A stretch of 64,000 bases of DNA from Dehalococcoidia bacterium (GTDB taxonomy: Bacteria; Chloroflexota; Dehalococcoidia; UBA6926): positions 160,001-224,000 of the forward strand of contig CAXXET010000007.1 in the NCBI GenBank assembly GCA_963666115.2. The letters are read 5' to 3'. Within the stretch, counting starts at the first letter, position 1. Every line of letters begins with the position of its first letter. Position numbers and translations under genes: made by a program. The notes below the pieces were generated by a model. It was given only the letters and a program-made list of their open reading frames with translations. It ran no database searches and was not told the origin of the DNA. Shown here piece by piece: positions 10,005 through 19,457 of the stretch.

Positions 10005-10940
10005 CTACAACTCCGTAACGACGTGGGCGCCTTGTTCAGACGGCGCAAGGACGAATGCGCGGCCCGCGATGCCCAGCGACTGCGCCGCATCCTGCATGGC
10101 GGCTGAAACGTCGTCCGCCCGCTCAGGCGATGACATGGCGATGATGGTTGGGCCGGCGCCGGACAGGAATGCTGTGTACGCCCCCGCGTCCTTCGCCGCC
10201 CGCGTCAAGGGCGCGAGGCCGGGAACCAGCTCCGCGCGGTATGGTTGATGCAGCCGATCCTCTGTCGCCAGCGCAAGGTCGGCCCAGTGATGCGTCATGA
10301 ACGTGCGGATCAGCAGCGCCGTCCGCGCCACGTTGAATGACGCATCGCCCAGCGGAACGTGGCCCGGCAAGGCCGCCCGCGCCTCTGAGGTCGGCACCTG
10401 CTCATCGGGGGCAAAGGCAATGCAGTCTAGGTCGGACGGAAAATCGAGTTGTCGGGCCACCGGACGGCCCTCCTCGGACATGACCGCCAGGCACGCGCCT
10501 CCCATCAGGGCTGGCGCAACGTTATCGGGATGCCCCTCGATCCGCGTCGCGTCGGCAATCATATCCTCGATGTCGCGCTCACGCCCCAGGACCCTGTTTG
10601 CGATGAGCAGCCCGGCGGCGCACGCAGCCGCGCTGCTGCCAAGGCCGCGCGCCAGCGGAATCTGGTTGGCGGCGGATATGTGGAGCGGGGGCAGTGTTTG
10701 CCTGAGATTCGCCGCGCCGACATAGGCGGCGCGGAACACGAGATTCGCATTCGCCGGCCCGGAGATTTCGTTCTCGCCTTCTCCACTTATTTGGAAGCGG
10801 TTGGCGTCGGCCGACGCCACGCGAAGCTCCAGCCAAAGGTCAAGCGCCATCCCCACGGCATCAAAGGCAGAGCCAAAATTAGCCGTCGAAGCCGGCGCCC
10901 GCACTGTAAACGGAGCGAAACCACTCGTCATAGTAGTCAT
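10005..10940 (-). CDS. thrB: Homoserine kinase
   Basis: PASTANFG..FD, PLARGLGSSAA, EGHPDNVAPA and LSGAGPT motifs. Confidence 0.96.
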   Translation of the reverse strand: MTTMTSGFAPFTVRAPASTANFGSAFDAVGMALDLWLELRVASADANRFQISGEGENEISGPANANLVFRAAYVGAANLRQTLPPLHISAANQIPLARGLGSSAAACAAGLLIANRVLGRERDIEDMIADATRIEGHPDNVAPALMGGACLAVMSEEGRPVARQLDFPSDLDCIAFAPDEQVPTSEARAALPGHVPLGDASFNVARTALLIRTFMTHHWADLALATEDRLHQPYRAELVPGLAPLTRAAKDAGAYTAFLSGAGPTIIAMSSPERADDVSAAMQDAAQSLGIAGRAFVLAPSEQGAHVVTEL

Positions 10941-10979
10941 GCCTTAAGTATAGGGGTATCGACAGCCTGACCCAACGAG

Positions 10980-11789
10980 CTATTGACCCAAAATGACCTC
11001 GCTGTTCCGCCGCGCCACCGCCTCCCACAGTAGCCGCGCCCTCTCCTTGCCCTCCGCCTTAGCCGGATCGATGACGAGTCTGCCCGAGCGCGTATAAGAG
11101 CCGATGGTCTGTAACTCGCTGCGGTTCGCTTTCCACGTCCACGGACGGCCGCGAGCATCCAAGAGTGTCGACTCTGCCAGCGAACGATCAAGCGGCACGG
11201 CTACCGGCAGTCTCAGCGACGCCTCAGGATCGCCCTTCCATACCCAGAACTTGTTGAGCGCCCGCGCGTGATACGCCGCACGCCGGATGTGCGCGTTCGC
11301 GCCAAACACCGTGAAATCCCGCCCCGTTGGATACGTCTCCACGTCCCGCAAGACATCGGCCACGCGAAAGAACCCAATCAGGTAGAAACCCGCCGGCCCC
11401 ATGAATCGATCCTTGCCGTCGTGCCCAACCAGCCGCGCCAGGAAAACGATATAGTCGCCCGGCCCGCACGCCTTCAGGCCCGCCCCCCTGCCCGTCGTCT
11501 GCGGGTTGTCTCCGTAGGTGAACGCGCGAAACTCCGGGTCGTCGTGCAGCCGATCGTTCCACCGTGAGACGGGCGCATAGTCCGCAAGCGTCTTGTCCGG
11601 ATCGTTATAGGCCGCCAGCTTTGGATACGCAGGCAGCGTCGGCGACCACAGCCGCCGTTCCTCCGGGATCGGCAGAAACTCGAATGTGCCGTCGGCAAAG
11701 ACGGGGCTGCGGAGCGCCCCATGCGAGGCATTCACGCCGACGTTGACCATGAAGATGCGGGCGCTGGGGTCAATTCGTGCAACAATCAC
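10980..11789 (-). CDS. Nucleotide modification associated domain 3 (Nmad3)-like protein
   Basis: NVGVN...SPVFADGTFEFLPIPE, HDDPEF..FTYGD, GDYIVF, YLIGFF and NAH motifs. Start is uncertain (11789 or 11750). Confidence 0.65.
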   Translation of the reverse strand: MIVARIDPSARIFMVNVGVNASHGALRSPVFADGTFEFLPIPEERRLWSPTLPAYPKLAAYNDPDKTLADYAPVSRWNDRLHDDPEFRAFTYGDNPQTTGRGAGLKACGPGDYIVFLARLVGHDGKDRFMGPAGFYLIGFFRVADVLRDVETYPTGRDFTVFGANAHIRRAAYHARALNKFWVWKGDPEASLRLPVAVPLDRSLAESTLLDARGRPWTWKANRSELQTIGSYTRSGRLVIDPAKAEGKERARLLWEAVARRNSEVILGQ

Positions 11790-11791
11790 GT

Positions 11792-12977
11792 ATGAATCGT
11801 AGCAGTAATGCCGCAACCCGAACGCAGGCCGTCAAGGATGCCGCCACCCACGCCGGCTTTGACGTCGTCGGCATCGCCTCCGCGGATGTCTTCCGTGAGC
11901 GCGGGGAGACAACGAAAGAGCGCGTCGCCGAGGGACTCATGGACGGCCTGCCCTGGTTCACGCAAGACCGCGTCGAACGCGGAATGGACCCGGCCGCTAT
12001 GCTGCCCGGCGCCCGCTCCATCATCTCCCTCGCCCTCAGCCATCACCATCAGCACGCCGCGGAAGCCCCTGACACGCAGCCCCGAGGACGCATCGCCCGC
12101 TACGCATGGGGCGAAGACTATCACCGTGTCTTTGCTCGCAAGGTCCGCGCATTTATCGAATCTTTGCCGGACGTGACGGGAGAATCTGACATCGGCACGC
12201 GCTGGTACACGGACACGGGGCCGATGCTCGACCGCGCCGTCGCCGAACGCGCCGGCGTCGGCTGGTTCGGCAAGAACACCAATATCCTCACGTCGCAGGG
12301 CTCATGGATGCTATTGGCGCAGATCATCACGACCCTCGAACTCACGCCGGATGAGCCGCTCAAGAAGACGTGCGGCGCGTGCAACATCTGCGTCGATGCC
12401 TGCCCCACCGGCGCAATCGTCGCCCCCTATGTCCTGGACAACAGCAAGTGCATTTCCTACCTGACCATCGAGAATCGTGGCCCGATTCCCATTGAGTTGC
12501 GTGAGCAAATCGGCGACTGGATTTTCGGCTGCGATGTCTGCCAGGATGTCTGCCCCGTCAACCGCAAGGCGCAGGTTGGCAAGGCCTACACGGAACTCAC
12601 GCGAGACGCTGAAAACCGCGCCCGCCCCGAACTCGTCGAACTCCTTGAACTGGACGACGACGGCTTCCGTGACCGATTCCGCGGCAGCGCCGTCCTCCGC
12701 GCCAAGCCGGAGGGAATGCGCCGCAACGTCTGCATCGCCCTCGGCAACATCGCAGACCCTGCAACCGTCGCCCCGCTCGCCCGCGTCCTCCGCGAAGACC
12801 CCTCCCCCACAGTCCGAGGCCACGCCGCCTGGGCCCTAGGCCGCATCAGGACTGAAGACTCCGTTGCGGCACTGAAAGATGCCCACGACGCTGAACCAGA
12901 CCCCAACCGCCCAACAAGAGATTACGTCGGCATTGGCGAGAGTCACTCTCCCACATACACCTCCCCGTCCGGCCTGA
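11792..12977 (+). CDS. queG: tRNA epoxyqueuosine(34) reductase; apparent one-base frameshift near 12905 in the tail
   Basis: IARYAWGEDYH, DTGP, AGVGWFGKN, CGACNICVDACPT, CISYLTIE and FGCDVCQDVCP motifs, then HEAT repeats. Removing one base near 12905 restores DPTAQQEITSALAR and a stop near 12977, avoiding a long overlap with the opposite gene. Confidence 0.92.
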
Positions 12978-14513
12978 ACGACGCATACCCGAACCAGAAC
13001 GCCACGTGGCCTGGGATGCGCGCCAGTGCCTCGTCGCCCGGCCCCCTCAACCCATCCGGCGTCACACGCCACTCCCCGCCATCCCCATCAAACACCCCCC
13101 CGTCCGGCCCCGCCTTGAACGTCCGATCCTCCCGCAGAAACGCCTGCACTCCTCCGCCCTCATCCGTCACCACCACAATCGGAACCCTCGCTCACCATGT
13201 CATTGAGAACAACTCCGGGGCCCAATTCCTCAAGTGTTTCCAATGGATACGCCTTGCTTTCCCCGCTGTCCAGGATCGCCGCGAATACCTGCGATTTTGG
13301 CCGCAGCCGTGAATTCCCCGCGCCCGGACCGCCGGGGAACATCAGGCTGGGGCTGGAGAAATAATCGTAGTATGCCGCCCCCGGCGTGCCCGGCTTCTCA
13401 TACGGCCGCTCATGCCCCGTATCGAGTGACAACACCGTCGTATCGGGGTGCTGCCGGTTCCACTCGCCCCACGTCGTCAGCGTCACCGGCAGGATCGGCA
13501 GCGTGATGTCCTCCCCAACGAGCTCCCCGACAACCGGAACCCCCATGAACTGGTTCCACAGACTCTTAGTGTCAGCGTCATACATGAGCTTGTTCGATCG
13601 ATAAAGCAGCCCCGACGACCCCGAACACATACGGCTCCTGCCCGCCTCCCCGCCGTGTGTCATACAGGATGCCGGAGCCGCACAGCGTGCAATACGCCAG
13701 CGCGAACGGCTGCCCGCCCACCACGTCGTTCGTCATCTCATGCCAATTCATGATCCGCAGCGGATAGGCGCGCGCCTCCCCGTTCAGGTACACGCCGAAC
13801 ACCTGCTCATCCGCCTCAAGATAGCGCGCCTCATGCGCCGGAATCACCGCGGGGTTGTCCAGCGACGGGATGCCGTCTACAACCACCCCGCCCCACACGA
13901 TCTCCTCCAGCCGGATCGTGTGCGCCGCGCCCTCCTCCGGCAGGAATTCGCGGAACCGCTCGTCCACCGTGCTGAGAATCTCGCCCCTTCCACCACGCGT
14001 ACGGCTCGGGCGCATCGTATTCGGGATGGTCCCCCACCCATTCCAGCCATTCGAAACTGTCCGCCCCAGGGATGTACTCCCCCGTCAAATCCCGCAGCGT
14101 ATCCAGCAAGTGCCCCCGATAGATCTGCCCATACGGATACACGGTCAACAGGTCAACCAAAAACGGTGCGTTGCGCGGGTCTTTCGTGAGACGAATACGT
14201 CCTACCCCCGGCGCAAGAAAGCCCGTCAGTGACCCCCCTGTCGATATGTCCGGCTCGTCATACAGGGCGGCGGTCAGCGACTCACGCAACTGCTCCGTGG
14301 TGAGAACTGCGACGCTGGCGAACGTCGGCGGGGGCGTCGGCGCCGGGGAAAAGCATCGGCGACTGCCGTCGGCGACGAAACCGAGAACGGCGCCCCCGCC
14401 GGACGCTCGGGCAGTTCAGTTGGAACCGGCGTCGCCTGCCCTCCGCACGCCCCCGCAAGAACCGCCGTCACTGTCAACAGCAGGGCGATCGTCAAACCGG
14501 CGAGCCGACTCAT
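12943..14513 (-). pseudogene. DUF3179 family lipoprotein (CxxC) broken by four frameshifts (pseudogene or sequencing error)
   Basis: The fragments join into one protein: lipobox LAGAC; WGGVVVDGIPSLDNP; ARAYPLRIMNWHEMTND; YCTLCGSG; FGSSGLLYRSNKLMYD..TKSLWNQ; TWGEW...HPDT; FWFGYASFRPD. Confidence 0.85.
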
Positions 14514-14601
14514 ACGCAGCCCGCTTTGCCTTGACCGCTTTCAAGCTGCCCGCGTATCATCGTCATGCGCGATTCGACGCAACAGAAGCAACTGACGTTC
14601 A

Positions 14602-14874
14602 ATGAGGTTTGCACGGGTGAGTTATCTCAACGCGATGTACCGCTTCTTCATTCCGGGCCTGGAGGCCAAGCTTCGCCTGCTCGCCACTGACGTGAGCATC
14701 CTCGTCGGCACCATGCTCGCTACCATTCTAATCCGACATTACATGTTCAGTTCCCTTGAGGCCGGCGCGGACGTCGTGACGGGGTTCCTCGTTGGATTCA
14801 CCGCCGTCGTCTCCTTCAACTCTATCGTCTATTTCGGCTCGCTGGCAGAGCCCGAGCCTGAGTCCGAGTCGTAG
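14602..14874 (+). CDS. Small hypothetical membrane protein
   Basis: Two hydrophobic segments and an acidic tail; fills the gap before pncB. Confidence 0.5.
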   Translation: MRFARVSYLNAMYRFFIPGLEAKLRLLATDVSILVGTMLATILIRHYMFSSLEAGADVVTGFLVGFTAVVSFNSIVYFGSLAEPEPESES

Positions 14875-14945
14875 CCGAGGGAGCCACTCCTGGCACCGCC
14901 GGCTCCCTGCCGACATGAACATGGCGGCCCTCATCGGGCGGAGCA

Positions 14946-16325
14946 ATGTCCCCGCGCGGCGCGCGCGATTCCTCCGGCCACAGCCTCGCCATCTTCACCG
15001 CCCTCTATGAACTCACCATGTCGCAGGCGTGGTGGCAGAGCGGCAACGCCCACCACGCCGCCTTCAGCCTCTTCATCAGGCGCTTCCCCCCCAACCGCTC
15101 CTACTTCGTCCTCGCCGGCATCCATGACATCCTCGATTACCTAGCCGACTTCCGATTCACCGAGGCGGACATCGCCTACCTCGGCTCGCTTGACCGCTTC
15201 GACGGCGGCTTCCTTGAATACCTGGCTGATCTGCGCTTCACCGGCAACGTCCGCGCAATGCGAGAGGGCCAGATCTTCTTTGCCGATGAGCCGGTCATGG
15301 AAATCTCCGGACCCGTCATCGAGTGCCAGATTCTCGAAAACTACGTCATCAACCGCGTCAGCCTCCAGACCATGCTCGCCACCAAAGCCGCCCGCGTCAT
15401 CCACGCCGCCCGCGGACGCCCCGTCACCTACTACGGCTCCCGGCGCGCCCCTGGCGTCGATGCCGCCGGCCAGATGGCCCGCGTCGGCGCAATGACCGGC
15501 TTTGCGGGCACCGGCAACGTCCTCGCCGCCGCCCAGCACGGCATCGCCCCTATGGGCACCATGGCGCACTCATTCGTCGGCTCATTCCCAACGGAACTCG
15601 ATGCCTTTCGCGCCTTCGCCCGATCCTTCCCGGACGCCTCCACCTTCCTCATTGACACCTATGACCCCATCGAGGGCGCGCGCAACGCCATCACCGTCGC
15701 CCTGGAAATGAAAGCCATCGGCCACAGGCTCGGCGCGGTTCGGCTCGACAGCGGCGATCTGCTCAACCTCTCACGACGCGTGCGCGCCATGCTGGACGGC
15801 GCGGGGCTGGAGGATGTCGATATCGTCGCCAGCGGTGAACTCGATGAGTTCGTCATCGACGGACTGCTGCGTGACGGCGCGCCGATCGCCGGTTTCGGCG
15901 TCGGAACGCGCATCGGCTCCTCCGCCGACGCGCCCTGGACCGACTCCGTCTACAAGCTGGTCGAATACGCCGGCGAACCGGTGCTCAAGCTGAGCGTCGG
16001 CAAGGAAACGCTCCCGGGCCGCAAACAAATCTACCGGTACGAAGACGAAAGCGGCGGCTACGCGCGAGACGTAATCGCCATGGCGGACGAGCCTCCGCCA
16101 AACGGCGCAGCCCCGCTGCTGGAAGACGTCATGCGGGACGGCAGCGCCCTGCGCCCCCACCCAACGCTCGATGAGTCCCGCAGCCTCTTCCAACAAGGTT
16201 TCGCCGCCCTCCCGGAAGACATCAAAACCCTAACCGGCGCGGCAGCCTACCCCGTCGAAATCTCCCCCGCGCTCGCCCAACTCCAACAGCAAATAACCAC
16301 AAACCTCTCCACCCGCAGCGCCTAG
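14946..16325 (+). CDS. pncB: Nicotinate phosphoribosyltransferase
   Basis: LYELTM, GSRRA, GTMAHSFV, LIDTYD, VRLDSGD, FGVGT and VYKLVE motifs. Confidence 0.95.
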   Translation: MSPRGARDSSGHSLAIFTALYELTMSQAWWQSGNAHHAAFSLFIRRFPPNRSYFVLAGIHDILDYLADFRFTEADIAYLGSLDRFDGGFLEYLADLRFTGNVRAMREGQIFFADEPVMEISGPVIECQILENYVINRVSLQTMLATKAARVIHAARGRPVTYYGSRRAPGVDAAGQMARVGAMTGFAGTGNVLAAAQHGIAPMGTMAHSFVGSFPTELDAFRAFARSFPDASTFLIDTYDPIEGARNAITVALEMKAIGHRLGAVRLDSGDLLNLSRRVRAMLDGAGLEDVDIVASGELDEFVIDGLLRDGAPIAGFGVGTRIGSSADAPWTDSVYKLVEYAGEPVLKLSVGKETLPGRKQIYRYEDESGGYARDVIAMADEPPPNGAAPLLEDVMRDGSALRPHPTLDESRSLFQQGFAALPEDIKTLTGAAAYPVEISPALAQLQQQITTNLSTRSA

Positions 16326-16369
16326 AAAAATCCGGCATACTATGTGGGAAGCGCGGAGGGAAAGCGGAT

Positions 16370-16726
16370 ATGAGCATGTTTAGCGTCACGTTTCAGTTGG
16401 AAAGCGGGAACGGCGGGCAGCGCCGCGAGTTTCGGGGCACTGTCGACACCGGGTCCACGTACACGATGGTTCCTGCATCGATCCTGGAGCAGATCGGGAT
16501 TAGGCGGGCCAACAGCTACGTCTTTGAGTATGCGGACGGGCGTACTGAGCGTCAGGACACCGGTCCTGCTGTTGTCATCATTGACGACAACGAAGGAGGA
16601 ACGACGGTCACGTTCGGACCCGAGGACGCTGAGCCGATCCTTGGAGTTCACGCCCTCGAAGCTCTAGGCTTCGTCGTCGATCCGGTCAATGAGCGTCTGG
16701 CACACGTCAGCCGCCTGCGCATCTAG
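16370..16726 (+). CDS. Clan AA (retropepsin-like) aspartyl protease
   Basis: VDTGSTYT catalytic motif, YADG, ILGVHALEALGFVVDP; GGAGG ribosome binding site upstream. Confidence 0.85.
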   Translation: MSMFSVTFQLESGNGGQRREFRGTVDTGSTYTMVPASILEQIGIRRANSYVFEYADGRTERQDTGPAVVIIDDNEGGTTVTFGPEDAEPILGVHALEALGFVVDPVNERLAHVSRLRI

Positions 16727-16748
16727 CACCGCCAGCCCCTACCAACCC

Positions 16749-16773
16749 GTGATTCCTGCGAACGCCGGAATCC
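16749..16773. repeat. Short palindromic (REP-like) element
   Basis: gtgattcctgcgaacgccggaatcc, a variant of GTCATTCCCGCGAAAGCGGGAATCC seen at several other positions. Confidence 0.6.
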
Positions 16774-16850
16774 GTCCCCTCGCCCGCTAGTACCGCTCGG
16801 CATTGGGGTCGTCCACGTCAAGGTGTATCCAGGGGGAGCACAATCACAAA

Positions 16851-17267
16851 TCACACCAACTTGCAGTGAACAAGTGCCTCTCTCAGGGCAGAGGACGCCG
16901 GCGCGATATGATACGAACCCTTCTCCGTCCATGATGCTGAATTCAGCGCAGCGGGATTAGTTTCCGCGAAGATGGCAACCAATTCATCGTGTGCCACCAA
17001 GTACCAATCCGCACCAATTGGAAAGGCCATGTACAGGTTCTTGTCGAGATACTTACGGCCGATAGTCACACGAGCTTTCAATTGAACCTTTAGCGTCTCC
17101 TCACCGTCCTTGTGGTACGCTAGGAAGTCAGCACCCTGCCAGTCATCCGACAACTTGATGCAGTTATACCCGTAATCGGCTAGCTTGGCGGCTACCTTGT
17201 GGAAGTTGTATGCCTCTTTCTGTCGGGCGTTCAGACGCCCATAATCGACACGTCGCAATTCCGCCAT
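16851..17267 (-). CDS. Small PD-(D/E)xK-like nuclease-fold protein
   Basis: E...........L..YG, GADFLA and VQLK arrangement typical of the restriction-endonuclease fold. Confidence 0.55.
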   Translation of the reverse strand: MAELRRVDYGRLNARQKEAYNFHKVAAKLADYGYNCIKLSDDWQGADFLAYHKDGEETLKVQLKARVTIGRKYLDKNLYMAFPIGADWYLVAHDELVAIFAETNPAALNSASWTEKGSYHIAPASSALREALVHCKLV

Positions 17268-17320
17268 TTCCTCACTCCTTTCTCCGCAGGGCGATCTGAG
17301 ACACTATACCCTGAGAAAAG

Positions 17321-17689
17321 CTAAGGCTGATACAACCAGCCGCGTTGGTTTGCGTTTCGCGTGAGGGCGCTTGCGACCCTCTTGGTCTGCCCCGGGGAAA
17401 CGGGCGTGAAGTCAATGACTGCGTGTTCCGGTGAGTCCGGCGTGGGATCGGCGATGGCGGCAAGATCTTGATCGCGCACTTCGGCAACCGTCACTGCCAC
17501 AACTCCTTCGGACGAGTGGCCTTGGCTTGTGTAAGCTCTCCAGGCTTCATCGGGAGTGATGTGGTCCCCATCGTGAACTGATAAGCGGCCTTGATCTTTC
17601 CGTGTTGGCTTGAAGGCTTGAGACGTCGGACGCCCATTACTGATCCAGCTACGGCTAATTTGGCGTAGGAGGAGAGTTTCGGGTTCCAT
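17321..17689 (-). CDS. Hypothetical protein, possible ADP-ribosyltransferase/RES-like toxin
   Basis: LLRQI...SQAFKP...LSV...HAVI pattern; 123 codons, directly downstream of a partner gene. Confidence 0.5.
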   Translation of the reverse strand: MEPETLLLRQISRSWISNGRPTSQAFKPTRKDQGRLSVHDGDHITPDEAWRAYTSQGHSSEGVVAVTVAEVRDQDLAAIADPTPDSPEHAVIDFTPVSPGQTKRVASALTRNANQRGWLYQP

Positions 17690-17693
17690 CCGC

Positions 17694-18095
17694 CTAGTTC
17701 GCGTGATGGCGCAACTGATCGGCAACCCACTGCCAGTCTACAGGGTCATCCAGATTAACGACGCGCTCCTCTAGGAAGTCTGTGCTCAGATCGGTGCAAA
17801 ACCATTCCGCAGTGTGGGCGTCGATGTCAATCTCAAGACTGCTCTCAATATCACCAAGAGACCACTCTGCTTGAACGCCGCCCTCCGGTGTCGGGTACAG
17901 GTAGGGATGAGGCGCGTCATCAGGATAGAAACGCTCAAACTGCGCGGCGAGCCAATCAAGGCCGTCGTGGCTGGGAGCTTTCCCAAAACCGCTGCCCCAG
18001 TCACGGACGTTTTGCATGCCGTCCGCCCAACCGTCTTCCAGATCACGCAACTCCGCGAGCCGACGTTTGATGTCCAAGTGAACCGTGGCAACCAT
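17694..18095 (-). CDS. Hypothetical acidic protein, possible antitoxin partner
   Basis: L..L..LEDGW.DG...GKAP...PYLYPTPEGGVQAEW motif; GGAGAG ribosome binding site; stop 4 bp before the next start. Confidence 0.6.
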   Translation of the reverse strand: MVATVHLDIKRRLAELRDLEDGWADGMQNVRDWGSGFGKAPSHDGLDWLAAQFERFYPDDAPHPYLYPTPEGGVQAEWSLGDIESSLEIDIDAHTAEWFCTDLSTDFLEERVVNLDDPVDWQWVADQLRHHAN

Positions 18096-18203
18096 CAGCC
18101 TCTCCTACGGCAACAGATACACGCTGGTCAGTATACTCCCACAGTCTTGACTCGCAATCGCGGCGTCACGAAGCGCGGCGCGAAAACGCGCTTCGCCGCC
18201 CCG

Positions 18204-18866
18204 TTACTCGTCCAGTGTTCGAATATGCGCCACCAGCATCCACCGCTCTGCCGGTGACAGCAACTGGGCGAAGCCTGGCATGTTTGTCATGTTCTGCCAT
18301 GCGCCGTCATTCGATGTCCACGCCGGTGTTGGGAAATCGCCGTTGCCCCGGCTGATGATGCGGTACAGATCGCCCGCCGTTCGTGCCTGCGTATCGTCCT
18401 CCGTCAGGTTCTTCGGCACGTTCACGCCGGCCGCCTCAAACGCGATGGTGACCTGCAACAGCCCTTCGCCGTCCCCGGTCGCCCCGTGACACATCGCGCA
18501 ATTGCGCTGGAACAGGAAATTTCCGTACTCCAGCACCTCGGGAGTAACGACAATTGGATTGCCGTCAACGCCGTTGAGTTCCTCGTCCGGCATCAAGTCG
18601 AAGTGCTCAAGGCGCAGATCCGCATTCAACTGCTCTTCCGGCCCGCCACCGCTCTTGTACGCCACCGTGCCGGGCCGCAGCGACATGGACGGCCCCTCCT
18701 GCTTGCGAACCGCAGGCGAATAGTGCATTTCCTGGAAATAGTCCACCGGATAGGCGCCCGTCGAGCAGCCCGTCAGCGCGATAACGGCGACGGCGACCAG
18801 GGCAAGCGCCACCAGGCCCACTCGCCGTGCCGGCCAACTCAACGTCCTTTTTGCTGCTCTCTGCAT
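18204..18866 (-). CDS. actE: ACIII monoheme cytochrome c lipoprotein
   Basis: Lipobox LTGC, EMHYSPA, single CAMCH, axial Met in NMPGF, ERW..VAHIRTL. Confidence 0.85.
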   Translation of the reverse strand: MQRAAKRTLSWPARRVGLVALALVAVAVIALTGCSTGAYPVDYFQEMHYSPAVRKQEGPSMSLRPGTVAYKSGGGPEEQLNADLRLEHFDLMPDEELNGVDGNPIVVTPEVLEYGNFLFQRNCAMCHGATGDGEGLLQVTIAFEAAGVNVPKNLTEDDTQARTAGDLYRIISRGNGDFPTPAWTSNDGAWQNMTNMPGFAQLLSPAERWMLVAHIRTLDE

Positions 18867-18915
18867 TATTCTGCGCCTGTTCGCTGTGTCGTCTCTCTAA
18901 GTCGTTGTGCCGCCC

Positions 18916-19434
18916 CTACGACGGCTCGTTGATCACGTCCTCCGCGCCCCCGCTCCGGAGCGCCTGCTGCGCGTCCCCGATCTTCGACTCGTCCACCGTG
19001 ACAAGCAGGCCGATGTAGCCGAGCGTGATCCGCGCGTCGTACAGCGGGCCTACGCCGCCGGGGCGCGGCAGCCGGCTCTCGAAGATAACCCCGATGACCG
19101 TGAAGATCATCGCGACCAGCAGCGTGAACTCGTACATGATGATCATGCTTGCCGGAATCGCGAGGATGGGCTTGCCTCCCGTCACAAGCGGGAACGCCGT
19201 CTGCGTTGCAAAAACGAAGAGGAACGCGGTGATGAACCCAATAAACGCCCCGAACAGGGAGAATCGGAAGAGCTTGTTCTTCTTGATATGCTCCCCGAAC
19301 GCGCCCTCCGGGTACGGGTTGCCGGTCATCACCTCGTAATCGTCGCTGGTGAAACCGGCCCCGCGCAGGTTGCGCGCCCCCTCCGCCGCGGAGTCCGCGT
19401 CGCTGTACAGGCCAAGAACACTCTGGTTCGCCAT
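18916..19434 (-). CDS. actD: ACIII membrane subunit (DUF3341)
   Basis: Two TM segments; PL.TGGKP....PA.....YE.T.L and LYDARIT motifs. Confidence 0.88.
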   Translation of the reverse strand: MANQSVLGLYSDADSAAEGARNLRGAGFTSDDYEVMTGNPYPEGAFGEHIKKNKLFRFSLFGAFIGFITAFLFVFATQTAFPLVTGGKPILAIPASMIIMYEFTLLVAMIFTVIGVIFESRLPRPGGVGPLYDARITLGYIGLLVTVDESKIGDAQQALRSGGAEDVINEPS

Positions 19435-19457
19435 TTCCTTCGCTCCCACTGTGCGGG

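Noticed and set aside
12978-13312. Apparent long C-terminal extension of QueG in the ORF track
   Set aside because: It arises from a probable one-base frameshift near 12905 and overlaps the DUF3179 gene on the opposite strand.
13660-13700. Possible selenocysteine in the DUF3179 redox motif
   Set aside because: Both positions in YCTLC are Cys codons; there is no in-frame TGA.
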